A stretch of DNA of 64,000 nt from Setoptus koraiensis (lineage: Eukaryota; Animalia; Arthropoda): NCBI GenBank assembly GCA_048013815.1, contig CM106585.1, positions 14,446,001 to 14,510,000 of the forward strand, given 5' to 3'. Under the pieces are notes generated by a model. The model was not told where the DNA came from. It did not search any database and worked only from the letters and a program-made list of their open reading frames with translations. Of this stretch, positions 51,279 through 64,000 are shown piece by piece (the first letter of the stretch is position 1; every line of letters begins with the position of its first letter). The position numbers were made by a program, and so were the translations under genes.

Positions 51279-54200
51279 GTACAATGCGATTATTGTCGCT
51301 TGTTTGTGTCAGCGTGTCTCGAAATAATGCTAAGTGATTTATGTCGGCAATACGCGCGACAATCCTCTCATTGGACAAGTCAAACAGATAAGTTTAACTC
51401 GTGTGTTGCAAACAACGCCAAAAACGAAAAATAACTGACCAAATAAATAACTGAGCTGTGCGCCGTCTATTGTCGTCTGCACCATAAATCATACACTCAA
51501 TACTTAAATGGTTACTTATTATTATTGTTGCTGTTATTAGCGTCTTAGTTATGGGGCGCCCTCTGGCAGCGCGCCCGTGGGCCCCAATACGTTTTCCAGC
51601 GCCTCTGGTGTTTGGCCGCACTACCAACGTGTGCCGAGTTGAAATAACTCGATGATTGAGTGTTCATCATTGTGATGCAACCAGTCATAGGCATGCGCTA
51701 TATTTCTAATTAGGTGTGTAGTTGAAGATTACATCGGCAGGGATTTCTTGTGCTCAGGCTCACGAAATTTTCGCAAAAATTTGCCCTAAATAAAGTAAAA
51801 AAAATGCGCACTCATATGTGCAAACTCAAATCCCTTTCACGTCCCGTGCGCGCTATCTACGCCAGTTACGTGCGACGATGCGCACAGGTTTTGATCTCTT
51901 CATTTTTGGTGGACTTTTGTGGGAGAAAAGCGAGAAAAAATCTGTACCGATTTGATCGCTGCACACCTAACCAAAAATATGTCACATTCCCAAAATGAAC
52001 CGAATACTCGCGCTACAATGATGAAAAATAGCAACAAACTGTTTCAATTTACCACACGTCAGATTAGTGTTGGTGCGAGGCAAATTTTCGGCCGCTTTTC
52101 GTTTTTTCGTTTGTGTATGATCTGCATCTGAAATGTGTGAATCGTCGACGAGAAATGCTCCCATTTCATCATTTGTCCATTAACTGCTCGCGCTGTTCGT
52201 CGTATGTGGCGCCTCCAACGGGGCCCACACACACACACACACTGGCTTCCGATCGCAAAGCACCTTTCAATTGGCAAAATTCACCGGAGATTCATAAGAA
52301 ATATATCAAAAAATGGCAGATAATCGCCGAATTTCACCATATCGACCTCATTCCCCTTTTTGCGAGTGTTTCGCTGCTGACCACACCGAATATGAATGAG
52401 GTCGAATGTGAATTTCTCAGTTCGCATGGCAACATCTCGCTCTTGCATTGGATTGGCCGGCCGGCGAGTTTTGCGGTCGACGGTCGGCCGTCGGACGCTA
52501 TTTGGGGGCCATTTTCTTCGCAAGCGACACAGTGTGATTAAAATGACCAATTCGGTGGAGCCAAATCAATTCAAGCTGCAGCCAGAAGAAGGGTTGCTGG
52601 CGCGCGATCTTGCTGATAGAGCACATTGCATCACAAATCAATCATCAGATTGTGGGACGAGAAAGAGGGACAGACGCGACGTTTAGCACTCAATATATCA
52701 CCCAGTGTGACAGTTTTAGGTGTCAGCCCGCTATTTGGGCCCCGTCTGCACACAACATAGACTCTGTGGCTCGGGTTGAGACACTGCCGGCCAAAAAGGG
52801 AATAAAAATACATGCAATGTAAATAGTTGAATAGAGCGAAAATGCGAAAGGTTTGTTTTGTTTTTTTTCGCGTCGTCGCAAGTGACGCAACGCGCGCTAC
52901 GTGGTACCACGTTACGTCACTGCGCCATAACGAACCATACAATATCTCACTTAAAACTTAAATAATACACGCACACACGACGAATATATACACAGTGTGC
53001 TAAAAGTCGGTATCATTTCCATTAATCATACTTAGCGAACGCGTGCCAACGCTCTCAGTTGCTATCAACAGCACGGGAACACACAGCATTCGTGCCAATA
53101 GCAACAAGCTGAGAAAATGGCAATAACACACAGGCATAGGCAAACAAACAAGCATCATCTATTATGTAATTGTAGTTTTGCGAAAAGAACTGGCCAATTC
53201 TGTTGTTGCCATATATTTAGTTATTATTGTCACAACTGTTTGCATTTGGAACGCGCCGGGCGCCGGCCAATGGCGAGAAAAAACTCCATTAGTGGACCCG
53301 TTTCGACGTCTTGTCGTTGTCTTATTATCTCACCCAGTAAGACTCTTCGGTTGTCCTAGCGAGTCTGTACTGCAGACGCGTTCTTTTTATCACTTTTTGC
53401 GCTGGCCAACTGTATTTCGTCGCGAATCGTTTTTTCGCCTCTTTTTGCCACTTTGATCGACTCGACCCCACAAAATCCCATCAACAGTGTCCAGAAGCGC
53501 GTGCCCAAAACCAATATACGGACAAATGGCCATTAATATGCTAATCACATCAGCTGGGCCACACAAAGTATCACTGTCGGCGATGCCCATTATGCATACA
53601 CAGTCGCATGTCACATAAATAAGCCGGCGCATGACGGCCAGTTTGAATGTCCGGCGCGACAAAACTGGTTTATCTCTGGCTAAACTGGCACAAACAGTGC
53701 TGTCTTTAGGCGCATTGTCCTATCAAAAACATTTTATTTCTTTCACAATGTTAACATGAGCCACTTGCAGCAGAGGGCGCTTCGGAGAATGGGCCAAAAA
53801 AAGATGGAAATAGCTGAGCATGTTAAGCTAGCGTCGATACCTCAGAGACTCACGCGCCAGCTGACAAGCATGTAAATTGTTGCATTGGTTTATTTTATCC
53901 GCCACTGATCTCTATAATGGATGGATTACGCAATGTTGCATATGGTCATATGTATCTATGTATGTATCATAATGTGTGATACAATTCTGACGCAATCTGT
54001 TTGCTGGTTGACGCAACCGCAAAAACGCAACACGAGAACACGAGAACACGAGACAGAGAGAAGAGAAGAAAAAGACGAAACACTCTTTTGGGGACTCTGG
54101 GGAAACAGACGTAACAAGAAAATTGAACAAGAATCAAATCAAATCAAAAGAAAAGTAAACTCTGCTAGATGGACAGAGATGAATGGACGAGAATGGGCGA

Positions 54201-55276
54201 AATGCTGCTCAGTTTGTCACTTACACACATACATCACATGACTAATGATGTCGTGAAAAAACAAACAAGCGCCCTCTCATTTTCGCCTCCGACTGAACTT
54301 TTCCTACGAAACTTTTCCAACGTTGTCACAAACAAAATAATAACAACACAACACTGTCACATGGAACATTGTTTGAGACGTGCACTGGCTGGCGTGTCCG
54401 TGCTGGCAAGAGGACAACAAAGTTGCGTAAGAAGATTCTTCGTCTTTTGGCAGCTGTAAATGTTCAAAAGTACAGTAATAAAAGTTTTAAACTTAACTGA
54501 AATTTAAACTAGAAAAAAATCTCAGCTCGCGCACGTATCGCGCGACGTATCTAATGCGACAGGTAATAACCGTAAATTAGGCACAGTGCTAACGTCCATT
54601 AGACTCTAATGATTAGAGGCAAATAACGTTGGGCACTGCAACTCGCCTATACAAGCAATTTCCACATCTTAGATTATAATTGGTCACTAGGTGACGCCAT
54701 AGTTGCGCCGTGTGACGTAATTAAAAGTGGCCGGTGTCCGACCGTTTCGCAAATGCTTGCACTTGTAACGCCAAACGCCATCGTACACCAGCATCATGGT
54801 GTCATTTTATCAGGCCATTATTGTGCTATGGGGTACAGTTATGGCCATGCTGAGCTTTTATAAACTGGGCCCCAACGCACAAGCGAACGCGCCATCACAA
54901 ACACAAACAAATCAATGGCCGAAACCAGCCGGCAACGAGGTTAATGATGTTGCTTTGTTTGACAAGCGCCCGGCAACGACAACAACCAACGGAAGTGTTT
55001 ATCAATGACGATGCTGCAGCGCCCAACGAAGGATTGCCGTTCGTTGGGGCCCAGCAGTGGGCGCCGGCGCTGAACTGCCGGTGTAAACATGGGGCTGTGA
55101 TATCATATCATCATATAACTGATATCGGGCGAACAAGTGGACATAAATAAAATAAATTACCATTGTGAATGACTTGCGACTATGGGGTGCGAGCGCCTCT
55201 ATCGGTGCACGGGCGTGACAGTGCAAACTATTTATGATAATCTAATTGTTTTGTTTGTCATTGTGTGCGCGCCATA

Positions 55277-55352
55277 TTAGCTATATCAGCTATATCAGCT
55301 ATATCAGCCATGTCAGCTATATCAGCTATGTCAGCTATATCAGCTATATGAG
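55277..55352. repeat. 9-bp tandem repeat (TATATCAGC)n, about 8 imperfect units
   Basis: Read directly. Confidence 0.85.
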
Positions 55353-57654
55353 CTATATCAGCGGCCAGTGGCGACAGCACAACGTTCGGCTGACAATTAT
55401 CGCAATGATGATTATGTAACTGCCTTTATTATGTAACTGTACTGTATTATAGTTGCACACAATAAGTGGACCGTTTACAGTCAGTTTAGTCAGCTGAGCG
55501 CTGGAGCGCCGTTGGAGACCGCTTGAATTGTTGTTGTGAAAATTATCTGTTGGCGTTGTGCGCCGAATGGCCATTTCAATGGCTGCGTTTTCCGTTTTCG
55601 GAAATGATTTTCATTTCTAACAAAGTCTAAATTCAAAGTCGCTCACTTGTTCCAGTCGGCGCAGTTGCACCGGTCCAACGGGGCCCCCTTTTGCCAGACA
55701 ATGGCCGCAGACGATTGCAAACTGCAGCGTGTTTATATCGTCGGAAATCGCCAGCAAGTGTCCAGTTGTTGACAACGGGTCCGCCAGTGCACATCGCATC
55801 CATCATTGCACCGTTTTGTTTTATTTTCATTTTGTTGTTGCCGTTGTTGCCGTTGTTGTTGCTGCTGCTGTTGTTGTTGTCGTTGTTGTTGTTGTTGCTG
55901 TTGCCGTTGTTGCCGCGGCTGTTGTCGTTGTTGTTGTCGCTGTTGTTGTCGGTGGTGGTGTGTGTTGACTAAAGTTGACGACGATCTTTGTGCGCGAATA
56001 ACGGCCCATTACCACCAACGGTGTTGAATGGTTTGCGCCACTTCCATTAACAACAATCATCGATTTACTCTGCAAACTGTGCTCTGTGAATATGCAAATC
56101 TGCATCACAAACAACGCCACACTCGTCATATTTGGCTTTTGCATGGTCGCGCATATGCACCAAATCGGCGCCAGTAATCATATCATGTAATCGCCACCTT
56201 AATCGGGCCCCAAACAATTCAGTGGCCGTCCAGCAATGACTGATCATTGCTCATCCTTCTGTGTGTGTGTGTGTGTGTGTGTTTGAACTTGCTTTATGGG
56301 CTCCCCTGCTTTTGGGGCCGCACTAAATTTATCATTGCGCCCCAATGATGACGACTCATCAAAATCGATACATCATTTTGGAGGCGACACTTGCTAGCCA
56401 TTGTCAGTGGTTAAGGTTTTGCACATAAACACACAATAAACAGGTTGTTGCACTGGTCGCTAGGCGCCGCCTCGTCCAGCCTGAGCCAGCAACGCGTCCG
56501 GCCATTTCAATGGCACACACCGAATGAAATCGCTTTTCGATGAAATCGGCTTCGGCTGGAATCGCTTCAGAATCTGGTGCACGATTACACGCTGCACCAG
56601 ATTGTATGCAAATCCGGCCGGGCTTGTTTTGTCATGGTGGCAACATTGGGGCCAATCAATGGGGGCCTCCATTTAACCCAACCAGCTCACAGCTTGGCTA
56701 TCATTCACGGCAGCAATTAACGAGTGACAATTGTGAGCAACATTGTCGTGCAGCCAACATTACGTTTAATTACGTAATTGAACGATTGCGCGTGACTGTT
56801 ATATTGAAGTCATTACTTTTGACTGCGTCACTGCGATTATGTAACGCGATGCATATTCAGAGAGTCATACATTCTGTACTGGATTTTGTATTGGAGAGCG
56901 TGATGAGGGCGATGATCACGCGATCATGATTAGTAGCGTAATATACACATGCCACATGTAGTCGTATGGCGAGATAGAGAAGAGCAGCAAACTGCAAGCT
57001 AACTGCAGCTAAACTCTCGTGCGCTTAGGTCAGCAGCTAATAAAGTAAATATTAAATATTAAATAAATGATTAAATGATACAACACATGATTAAACAACA
57101 AACAAACATGTAATTAAATGATGAAAATGAATAGATAAACAGTATAAAATAAAAGTGTTTGACGAAACAAACATAGATGGCGTTGTCGTTCGATTTCCGG
57201 CCGGCCGGCCGGCCGGCGGTGACGCAACACAGTGACCAACAGCCGCCTGCCGAAATGTAGGCCTCACTGACAAGTGCATTTCGGTGCTCAGTGGCGCGTG
57301 CAACTAGGCGCTTACGTCACACTGCATTGAATCGGTCATCGGGGTTTGGCCAATGATGAGCAGCGCGATTGGGGGCTGCAAAGCAACACGGGCCCAGCAT
57401 GCATGCAGTTGGATATTATATTATAAATTGCACAGTTGCATAACTGTATAACATGCTGTGTTGCACGGACTAAACTGGACGCCAACAGTGGTCATGTTGT
57501 ACACAGACGAAAACGCGTACACGCACTCCGACAGATAAAAATGAGACACGAGCGAGCAAGTGCACACTGACAAACGCATTCAAGTGTGCAAACTGGCCCC
57601 ACTCGCCAGAGTGGCCCGTCAATCGGTTTGCGATCGGCAACCGATCGTCGTTCG

Positions 57655-57724
57655 ATTGCTGGCCGATTGCTGGCCGATTGCTGGCCGATTGCGGGCCGAT
57701 CGCGGGCCGATCGCGGGCCGACCG
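57655..57724. repeat. 11-bp tandem repeat (TGCTGGCCGAT / CGCGGGCCGAT) x6
   Basis: Read directly. Confidence 0.85.
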
Positions 57725-60047
57725 TTGGCCAGCCACCCGCAACCGTACGCGTTTCGTTCGGGCCGAACTGCGGCCGGACAGCGTTTAAAAAGAAGCGGTC
57801 AGTTGTTATATGCTGATGCTTGCACGTACGCAACTTGCAACAGTGATCGTTCGGGGGCCGAGCAAACTGTAACTGACCAACGGCAACCAACGATAACCGG
57901 CTGGCCACTCATTGGTGCCTCGAGCGTGTCATCATCATCACCTGGTCAGCAGTAGTATCAAACTGACACTACTACCGTAACTCACCTGTCGATGATGATG
58001 CGTCATTGGGTGGTTGTTATCGCAACCTTGCAACACACGAAAAGTTATTATATAAGTTTGTTGTTGCAACAAAACAACAACAACAACAACAAACTCATAT
58101 AACTTACTTGCAATCATAGGCTGCTGTATCGCACTGTTGCACTGTTGCATTGTTGCTGCCAATTATAATCGTATTATTGTTATTGGCCATCATATTGCCA
58201 GCATTGCGTCATCCTTAATTGGCGCTGTCCCAACTGTGCTTACTGTGCTATAATTGAACAGTTCAACATTGAACTCTGACGGGATTGGGTTGGCCCAGGT
58301 AAGTTAGCTGATGCTAGTTGCTAATGCACACGCACACAATGCAACCTTTGTGGTCATTCGAGTGTGACTGGTGGTTGCTGTTCAACCGTGCGGGTTACAA
58401 CAGCGCAACAACCGATCATATGGGCGCCACGGCCACTAGCAGTGGGCCCACTATGGGCACGGCACAGGTAGCAGCACAGGTAACGGCACAGGTAACGGCG
58501 CAGGTAACAGGTTGCCACGAGAGGGTCCATTGCACAAGTATTAGCATATGTATCGCAATAAGTTATTGCGTAAGTGGTCTGCGCGGCCTCGTCCTCGGCC
58601 ACTGAGAGGCCAACCTGGTGAGAGACCATCACTGGCCAACCCAATCATTAGAACGATTAGACGACGAGGCCAGTGGGGCCCCGTTGGCGGCCGACAGGTT
58701 GCCCTGACACCACGCAGCCCGTGCCGGGTGTCGGTGCGCGCTGCGGAGAGAACAGCCAGAGAATAAGCGAGGGAGAGGGGCCAAAAAAGAAGCAAGTGCG
58801 CCGACCACATCACTAATGTTGTCGTGCTTCGTGTTTGTTTGTTGCGCACACCAACCAGCGCGCAGCGGGGGCGTTCGAAATCCCTGGCTTATCCATACAA
58901 AGATCAACCTGACTGTGCCGCTGAAAGATTCTTTCAGAAAGAATGCGCGCACCATGAATATTACATAACACAGTGCAAATCTATATGGGCTGACAGGCGC
59001 GAAGAAGCCGCTCTGATATGTACGCAACGATCGAATGGCGCAACGATCGAATGGCGCAGCGATGGGGTAATTAGTTTCGGATTGCACAATAGTTAATGTG
59101 CGCAGCGGCCTCTCTCGGCCGATGCGCGTCGGCTAATCGCCGTTCGGCTGCAGTTCAACTGCACGGCTATACTGCTCAACGTTATACGGCCATTTGGCTA
59201 GATTAGGCATGTCAATGGCGCAAACAGCACACAGTTACATAACAGCACACGTATAGCGCACGTTATTGCGCGGCAGCAGCGCTACAACGAGCGCGTTATG
59301 CCGCTATGCGCCGGAGGGCTCAGTGCGCAAAACGCGCACTATAGACGGCTCAGTATGGGGCCCCGTGCGGGGCCCTGTGCGCCGTCAGTGGGGTGCTCGC
59401 TCGGGTCGGCTCGCGGCTGCCAATTGCGCGGTAGGGGCTTGTGCGGGCCGGGCCCGATGCCACGACAGCGGCAGGTTGAACGGGGGCCGCTGAGCTGGTG
59501 CCGGCAATAATGGCGCGACAACAGCTATTTACACTTGACTTAATGTCGTTGTTACGTCGTCGTCGTCGTTGTGGTTGTCAACTAATGAACCGGCTGTAGC
59601 AACCGGCATTACAAGCAACCGGCAATACAGCCAACGGCAGCGGCGCCAGGATAAGATTTTCCGCCGCTATGGTTTTGTGACAACGAAACCATCGAGTTAT
59701 CGACTGCGCGCCGACAGCGCCACCGATTTGGGCCCGTCTGAGACGGGCCATCCGACAATTGTGAGACGGTAGCGTAAAACAAGGCGCGCCCGCAGCGCTG
59801 ACTCGCGGCCGAAAACAAGTGGTGCTCGGCTTACATTTTTACACCATTTCTGGGGGATTTGCAGAGGATTTGCGCAGGATTTGCGCAGGATTTGCGCCCA
59901 CTGAGCGTACGAGGATGCACGGGGATGCACTTGCAGCCTATGTAATATCCATGTAACAATGCCCTCGCGGCCGCAATATGAATTATTTGTGAAATTATTA
60001 ATAACTTTTGTCTGGCGCGCGCCGGCAGCCGCACAAATGACACGGCG

Positions 60048-60147
60048 CACACAGTGTTACATAACGCACACAGTGTTACATAACGCGCACAGTGTTACAT
60101 AACGCGCACAATGTTACACAACGCGCACAATGTTACATAACGGGCAC
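60048..60147. promoter_or_regulatory. 19-bp tandem repeat x5 carrying PAR-bZIP/Vrille D-box sites
   Basis: GTTACATAAC (reverse complement GTTATGTAAC, fits RTTAYGTAAY) at 60056, 60075, 60094 and 60132; variant GTTACACAAC at 60113. Confidence 0.55.
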
Positions 60148-61306
60148 AAATGTGGCGCAAATGGCTTACAGGTTAGCGGCAGACAGAGAGGTTAAACGGT
60201 GCATGATGAACAAATGACAGCGCAGGAACAAGTGATTAGTTTGCTTCATTACGTTTAAACACGTGCTACGTGTTCACTTGTCGTGGCGTTGTTGCGCCAG
60301 AACGACGACGCGACAACAGCGACGCACGAGCGCCGATTGCGCCAACGAGCGGGCCGGCGGCGTCGCGCAAGACGACAATTTGTTGGCTCAGCGTGATTTA
60401 TTGAAATTAAATATTTAGAAACTGATCAAGTGTTAATTGCTGTAAAATAACGCATTAACAGGCCCCTAATGGTGACGGGCATCATTAGAGCCACATCATT
60501 AGGGCATGCCAACGGTGCGCAAAACAGTGCGGACAATGCGAGTGGGCCCACAATGTCGTCGCTGTATGAGATGTGTCGGACAAACAGCATTGGCCGGGTT
60601 TGTTCGTGTTTTACTAGGTAGTTGGCGAGGGTGTCACGCGGGCCCAAAATGACTAATGATCCCGTTGCTCACAGAGGCGATAGGCAGCACAGGTTGCTAT
60701 CGTATAATATCGCGTAGTATCATTGTTATGTAATAATGATAACTATTTTTGGTCAAATCGAGAGCGGCGCATGACTTTTGCAGCAGCGGCCCATCATCCA
60801 TCATGCCGGCCGATCACGCAGCGGCGGATCGCGCCGCTCAACTGGGGGCGCCACTTGTTACTACAACCGCGACGAGCCGGCAAAAACACGCGATGCGTAA
60901 TCTTTTTGTTTAAATTCATCGGGCCTCTATAACGGATATAGCTCTATATCGCTATCTAATATGCTGCTCGCTGCCTTGTCTATGAGCGATTTATATTTAT
61001 ATCGTATTCGTTGCCGTTGTTTGCGAGCAGCGCCCCGTTCAGCGCAAACACTGACCCGTGCGGGACCCGCTGCGGCGCGTTTATAGGCCTAGCCACGGGC
61101 CGCTAGCCGCCGGTGGTGGGCGCCGTCTAGAGGTCACTGTGTGATACAGTCTGCACAGTCTGTTGTTTATCCGTTGTTTGTCCGTTTTGGGCGAGCATGC
61201 TAACGAGCACTCAATTTATAATGGCCGCCCGCCAATTGATTACGCAACTCCATTGCTCAACGATTGGTCATTGTTGTTGTGCGTGGGTGTGTGCTGTGCA
61301 TAATTG

Positions 61307-61380
61307 CCGTGCAAAGTCGCCGTGCAAAGTCGCTGCGCATAGTCGCTGCGCATAGTCGCTGTGCATAGGGTCGCTGTGCA
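61307..61380. repeat. Degenerate 13-bp tandem repeat (GTCGCTGCGCATA-like) x5
   Basis: Read directly. Confidence 0.75.
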
Positions 61381-63732
61381 GAAATGGGGCACGACCCAAC
61401 GGCCCGACGATGGCCAGCAACGTAAAACGGGCATATGCCCGGGCCGGACAGTAGCCGCTGACAGTAGCGGCCACTGGCAATCCTGTCAGCCAATTTCAGC
61501 GGCCAGCAAACAACAGCCGTCAGATGGGGGCGCTGGCCAGAGTCCAAGTGACAAAGTGGGGCCCGTAAGTGCACAGCCAAAACCATTAATAACTGTGCCG
61601 ATAATTGTCATTCGGTCGGTCAGCGCAACGGTCAGCGCAACGGTCAGTGGCAAGAGTCGATTCAGAGACAGTTGCAAACGGGCGGTCAGTGTCCGGTGGG
61701 CACAAACAATTGTCTACAATTGTCGTGCGGCAACAAATGGCCACGATTGTCCCCCTCTAGCGCTCAGATGATCATAATAACGATAATAACAATAATAATA
61801 ATAATAATCAAATGATCATCGCGCGTCATTTGTGCGCGACACTGGTCAGCGGCTGATCGCTTTGGCCGAAAATGGCCAAGCTGGCGCGACAAGTGCCAAT
61901 CGTGGCCAATCAATGGGCGCCAGTTGGTCAGTGTGTGTGTGTGTGTGCCCATTAAAGTGTGACCAGCGCCACAGTGACTCAGTGGGCCAAATGTAGGCCG
62001 TTGCTATAGTTGCTCCGGTCAGTTTGCTAATCGGTCTATGCCATGTGGCCGGTTTACCGCCGCAATGCATATACCGGGCCGGTTATATCGGCGGACCTGG
62101 CGCAATCGTGCAGCGCCACCTACGCCTCTACTGGCCGGCCGAAATGGGGCCAAACGGCGGGCCTGTGACAACAAATGACGACAACAACAACAACAACAAC
62201 AACATCAACGACAACGACAAATCAACAAAACAAAACAAAGTAAAACACAAACTGCGCGCACTTGTCCGTATTTGAGTCTGTATTGATTTAGTCGTGTTGG
62301 CGGCAGGTTGCGCGTGCTCTATTTGGCCGCCAGGCCACTGGTCATTTGCAACTGGGCCCGATCGCCTGTTTGGTCATTGGCGGTAAATGAGCTCTGAATA
62401 CATTATAAGTCGCTGTGGTCGTTGGCGCTGTTGTTGCCGTTGTTGCTGTTGTCGTTGGCGCTGTCGTTGTTGGGGCGCCGTTAATGAGCCTGTTGTGGTG
62501 CTTTTAATGGCGCTCGTTATCGCTGTCTATTTATATATTCAGCGACAAGTAAATAAAGTGGGCCACTTTTTTCCGTGCGCGCTGCCCAATCATGAATTAT
62601 TACTTTTGCCCGACCAAAACAAACACTCGCCGCTGTTGTTTGCTGTTGTTGTCGCTGTTGTTGCCATTGCAACCGGTTAGCCGATGACCGTTATCACGAC
62701 GGCCAGCGTAAACAAGTGCACGCGGGGCCAGCGCGATTTTCATCGATGACTTTAGGTTAATCCAATCGAGACGACTGTGACGACTGCTCACTTCCTGTGC
62801 GCGGCCATCGGCGCTGGCCACTTGGTGTCGTGCCGGTCGTCGAATAATAAACAGACAGCCACTGGCTGCCAAACGGCCATCAATCATTGCTTCAGCCTGT
62901 AGCAGGTGGATTAGCCGTGGCCCACTGACAATGCGGGGCCCCAAGCTGGCAACAAACAAACAAGTGCCGTTTGTATTTATGGAGTCAGCGCGTTAGGATT
63001 AATTCAATTCGCAGCGAGCCCAATCGATACACTAAAGTCAGTCGGCTAAGCAATGTTGTCGGCCGAACAATGTTGTCGGTGACATGTACGTGGCAGTGGA
63101 TAATCCTGTTATCGCCGGCAAGTATGGCGTACCGCTGTCTTCATGCACCGGCTTACGATCGCTTTCGGCCGGTTAAGCGGGCCATATTTCCACTGGCGCT
63201 CTCGCAGACTCGTCGTGGGCCCGAATCAATAATCAGCGATCAGTTTTGGCGCACAAATGCCAATTCCGAACGCAAACGCGAATTCCGAACGCGAACGCAA
63301 ACGCAAATTCCGAACGCAAACGCAAATTCCGAACACTAATCGCAACCAAAAATACGCCCAAAATAGAACGGAATAGATTAAAACAAAATCAGAGTCAACC
63401 GACGACAATGAACAAAATCACCAGTTTACACTGGCTATCGCAGTTCAACTCACTGGCTTAAGCTGAACGCACTGAATAATTCCGCTTTGACTCGGTTATC
63501 TCTGCGCGCAACTATCAGCGTTCACCACCCCAATCATTGGGGCCCAATCCACCTGATCGGGCTTTTGCTTGGTTCTGCATTTGCAACTTGCCTTACTCAC
63601 AGTTAAAGCAACTAATCTGAAATATATTCAGACGAAACTCCATCTATTATACATTGCAAATGTTGGCGCTCGTGCAATACAAACCCTAGCGACTCGAGCG
63701 CCCCTAGCGGACAGTTGACTCGTCTTGATTCG

Positions 63733-63790
63733 GCTCAACTGGTATGAGCTGGGGCTCAACTGGTATGAGCTGGGGCTCAACTGGGGCCCG
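63733..63790. repeat. 21-bp tandem repeat (GGCTCAACTGGTATGAGCTGG) x2.5
   Basis: Read directly. Confidence 0.8.
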
Positions 63791-64000
63791 AATGACGACT
63801 GTGCAAATGTGTACATAAATGTCCGCCAGGGTAGTGGGCTTCTTATAGGGTTTATGCGTTGCACGTTACGTCGAGTACGATGACTAATGCAACAACCAAC
63901 GATACGTAACTAACAAGTGTTACATAACTAACTGGTGGCTGGCTATTGTAACTAAATGAGGAAGGGAGTGAAAAAATGATGATCACCATCAAATGAGTCA

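Noticed and set aside
43464-51434. F/I/Y/L-rich ORFs that look like membrane or mitochondrial proteins
   Set aside because: These are a by-product of T-rich sequence lacking in-frame stops. No mitochondrial gene motif or tRNA is recognisable, so a NUMT is not supported either.
57492-62959. Assorted 60-150 aa ORFs in the right-hand compartment
   Set aside because: They show no domain similarity, conflict across overlapping frames and have repeat-derived composition.
55277-63790. Short tandem repeats as CRISPR-like arrays
   Set aside because: Units are adjacent with no unique spacers, there are no cas genes, and the context is eukaryotic.

Overview
Eukaryotic (arthropod) genomic DNA with GT-AG introns. 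The CAA/poly-Q-rich low-complexity coding DNA, short introns and chelicerate/insect-type genes suggest a compact mite genome, possibly eriophyoid (inference only). Four compartments: (1) 1-13.5 kb, microsatellite-rich, with a large poly-Q exon of an unidentified minus-strand gene and a solitary 5S rRNA gene. (2) 13.6-42.6 kb, gene-dense: five tandem minus-strand paralogs plus a sixth on the plus strand of a divergent, unusually long gustatory-receptor-like (7TM ion channel) family, all with the same 3-exon structure (large exon 1, 168-nt exon 2, 54-nt exon 3); a composite hAT-like element with an 8-bp TSD; a ~340-nt structured RNase P/MRP-like ncRNA candidate; a 9-exon nAChR alpha subunit with a non-canonical pore helix; Siah/sina; SNF5/SMARCB1. 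(3) 43.5-51.3 kb, a 7.8-kb almost pure T/A tract, either an artefact or an extreme low-complexity array. (4) 51.3-64 kb, apparently non-coding, strongly enriched in PAR-bZIP D-box and GGGCCC motifs. All exon models and motif counts were made by hand; no database searches were run.
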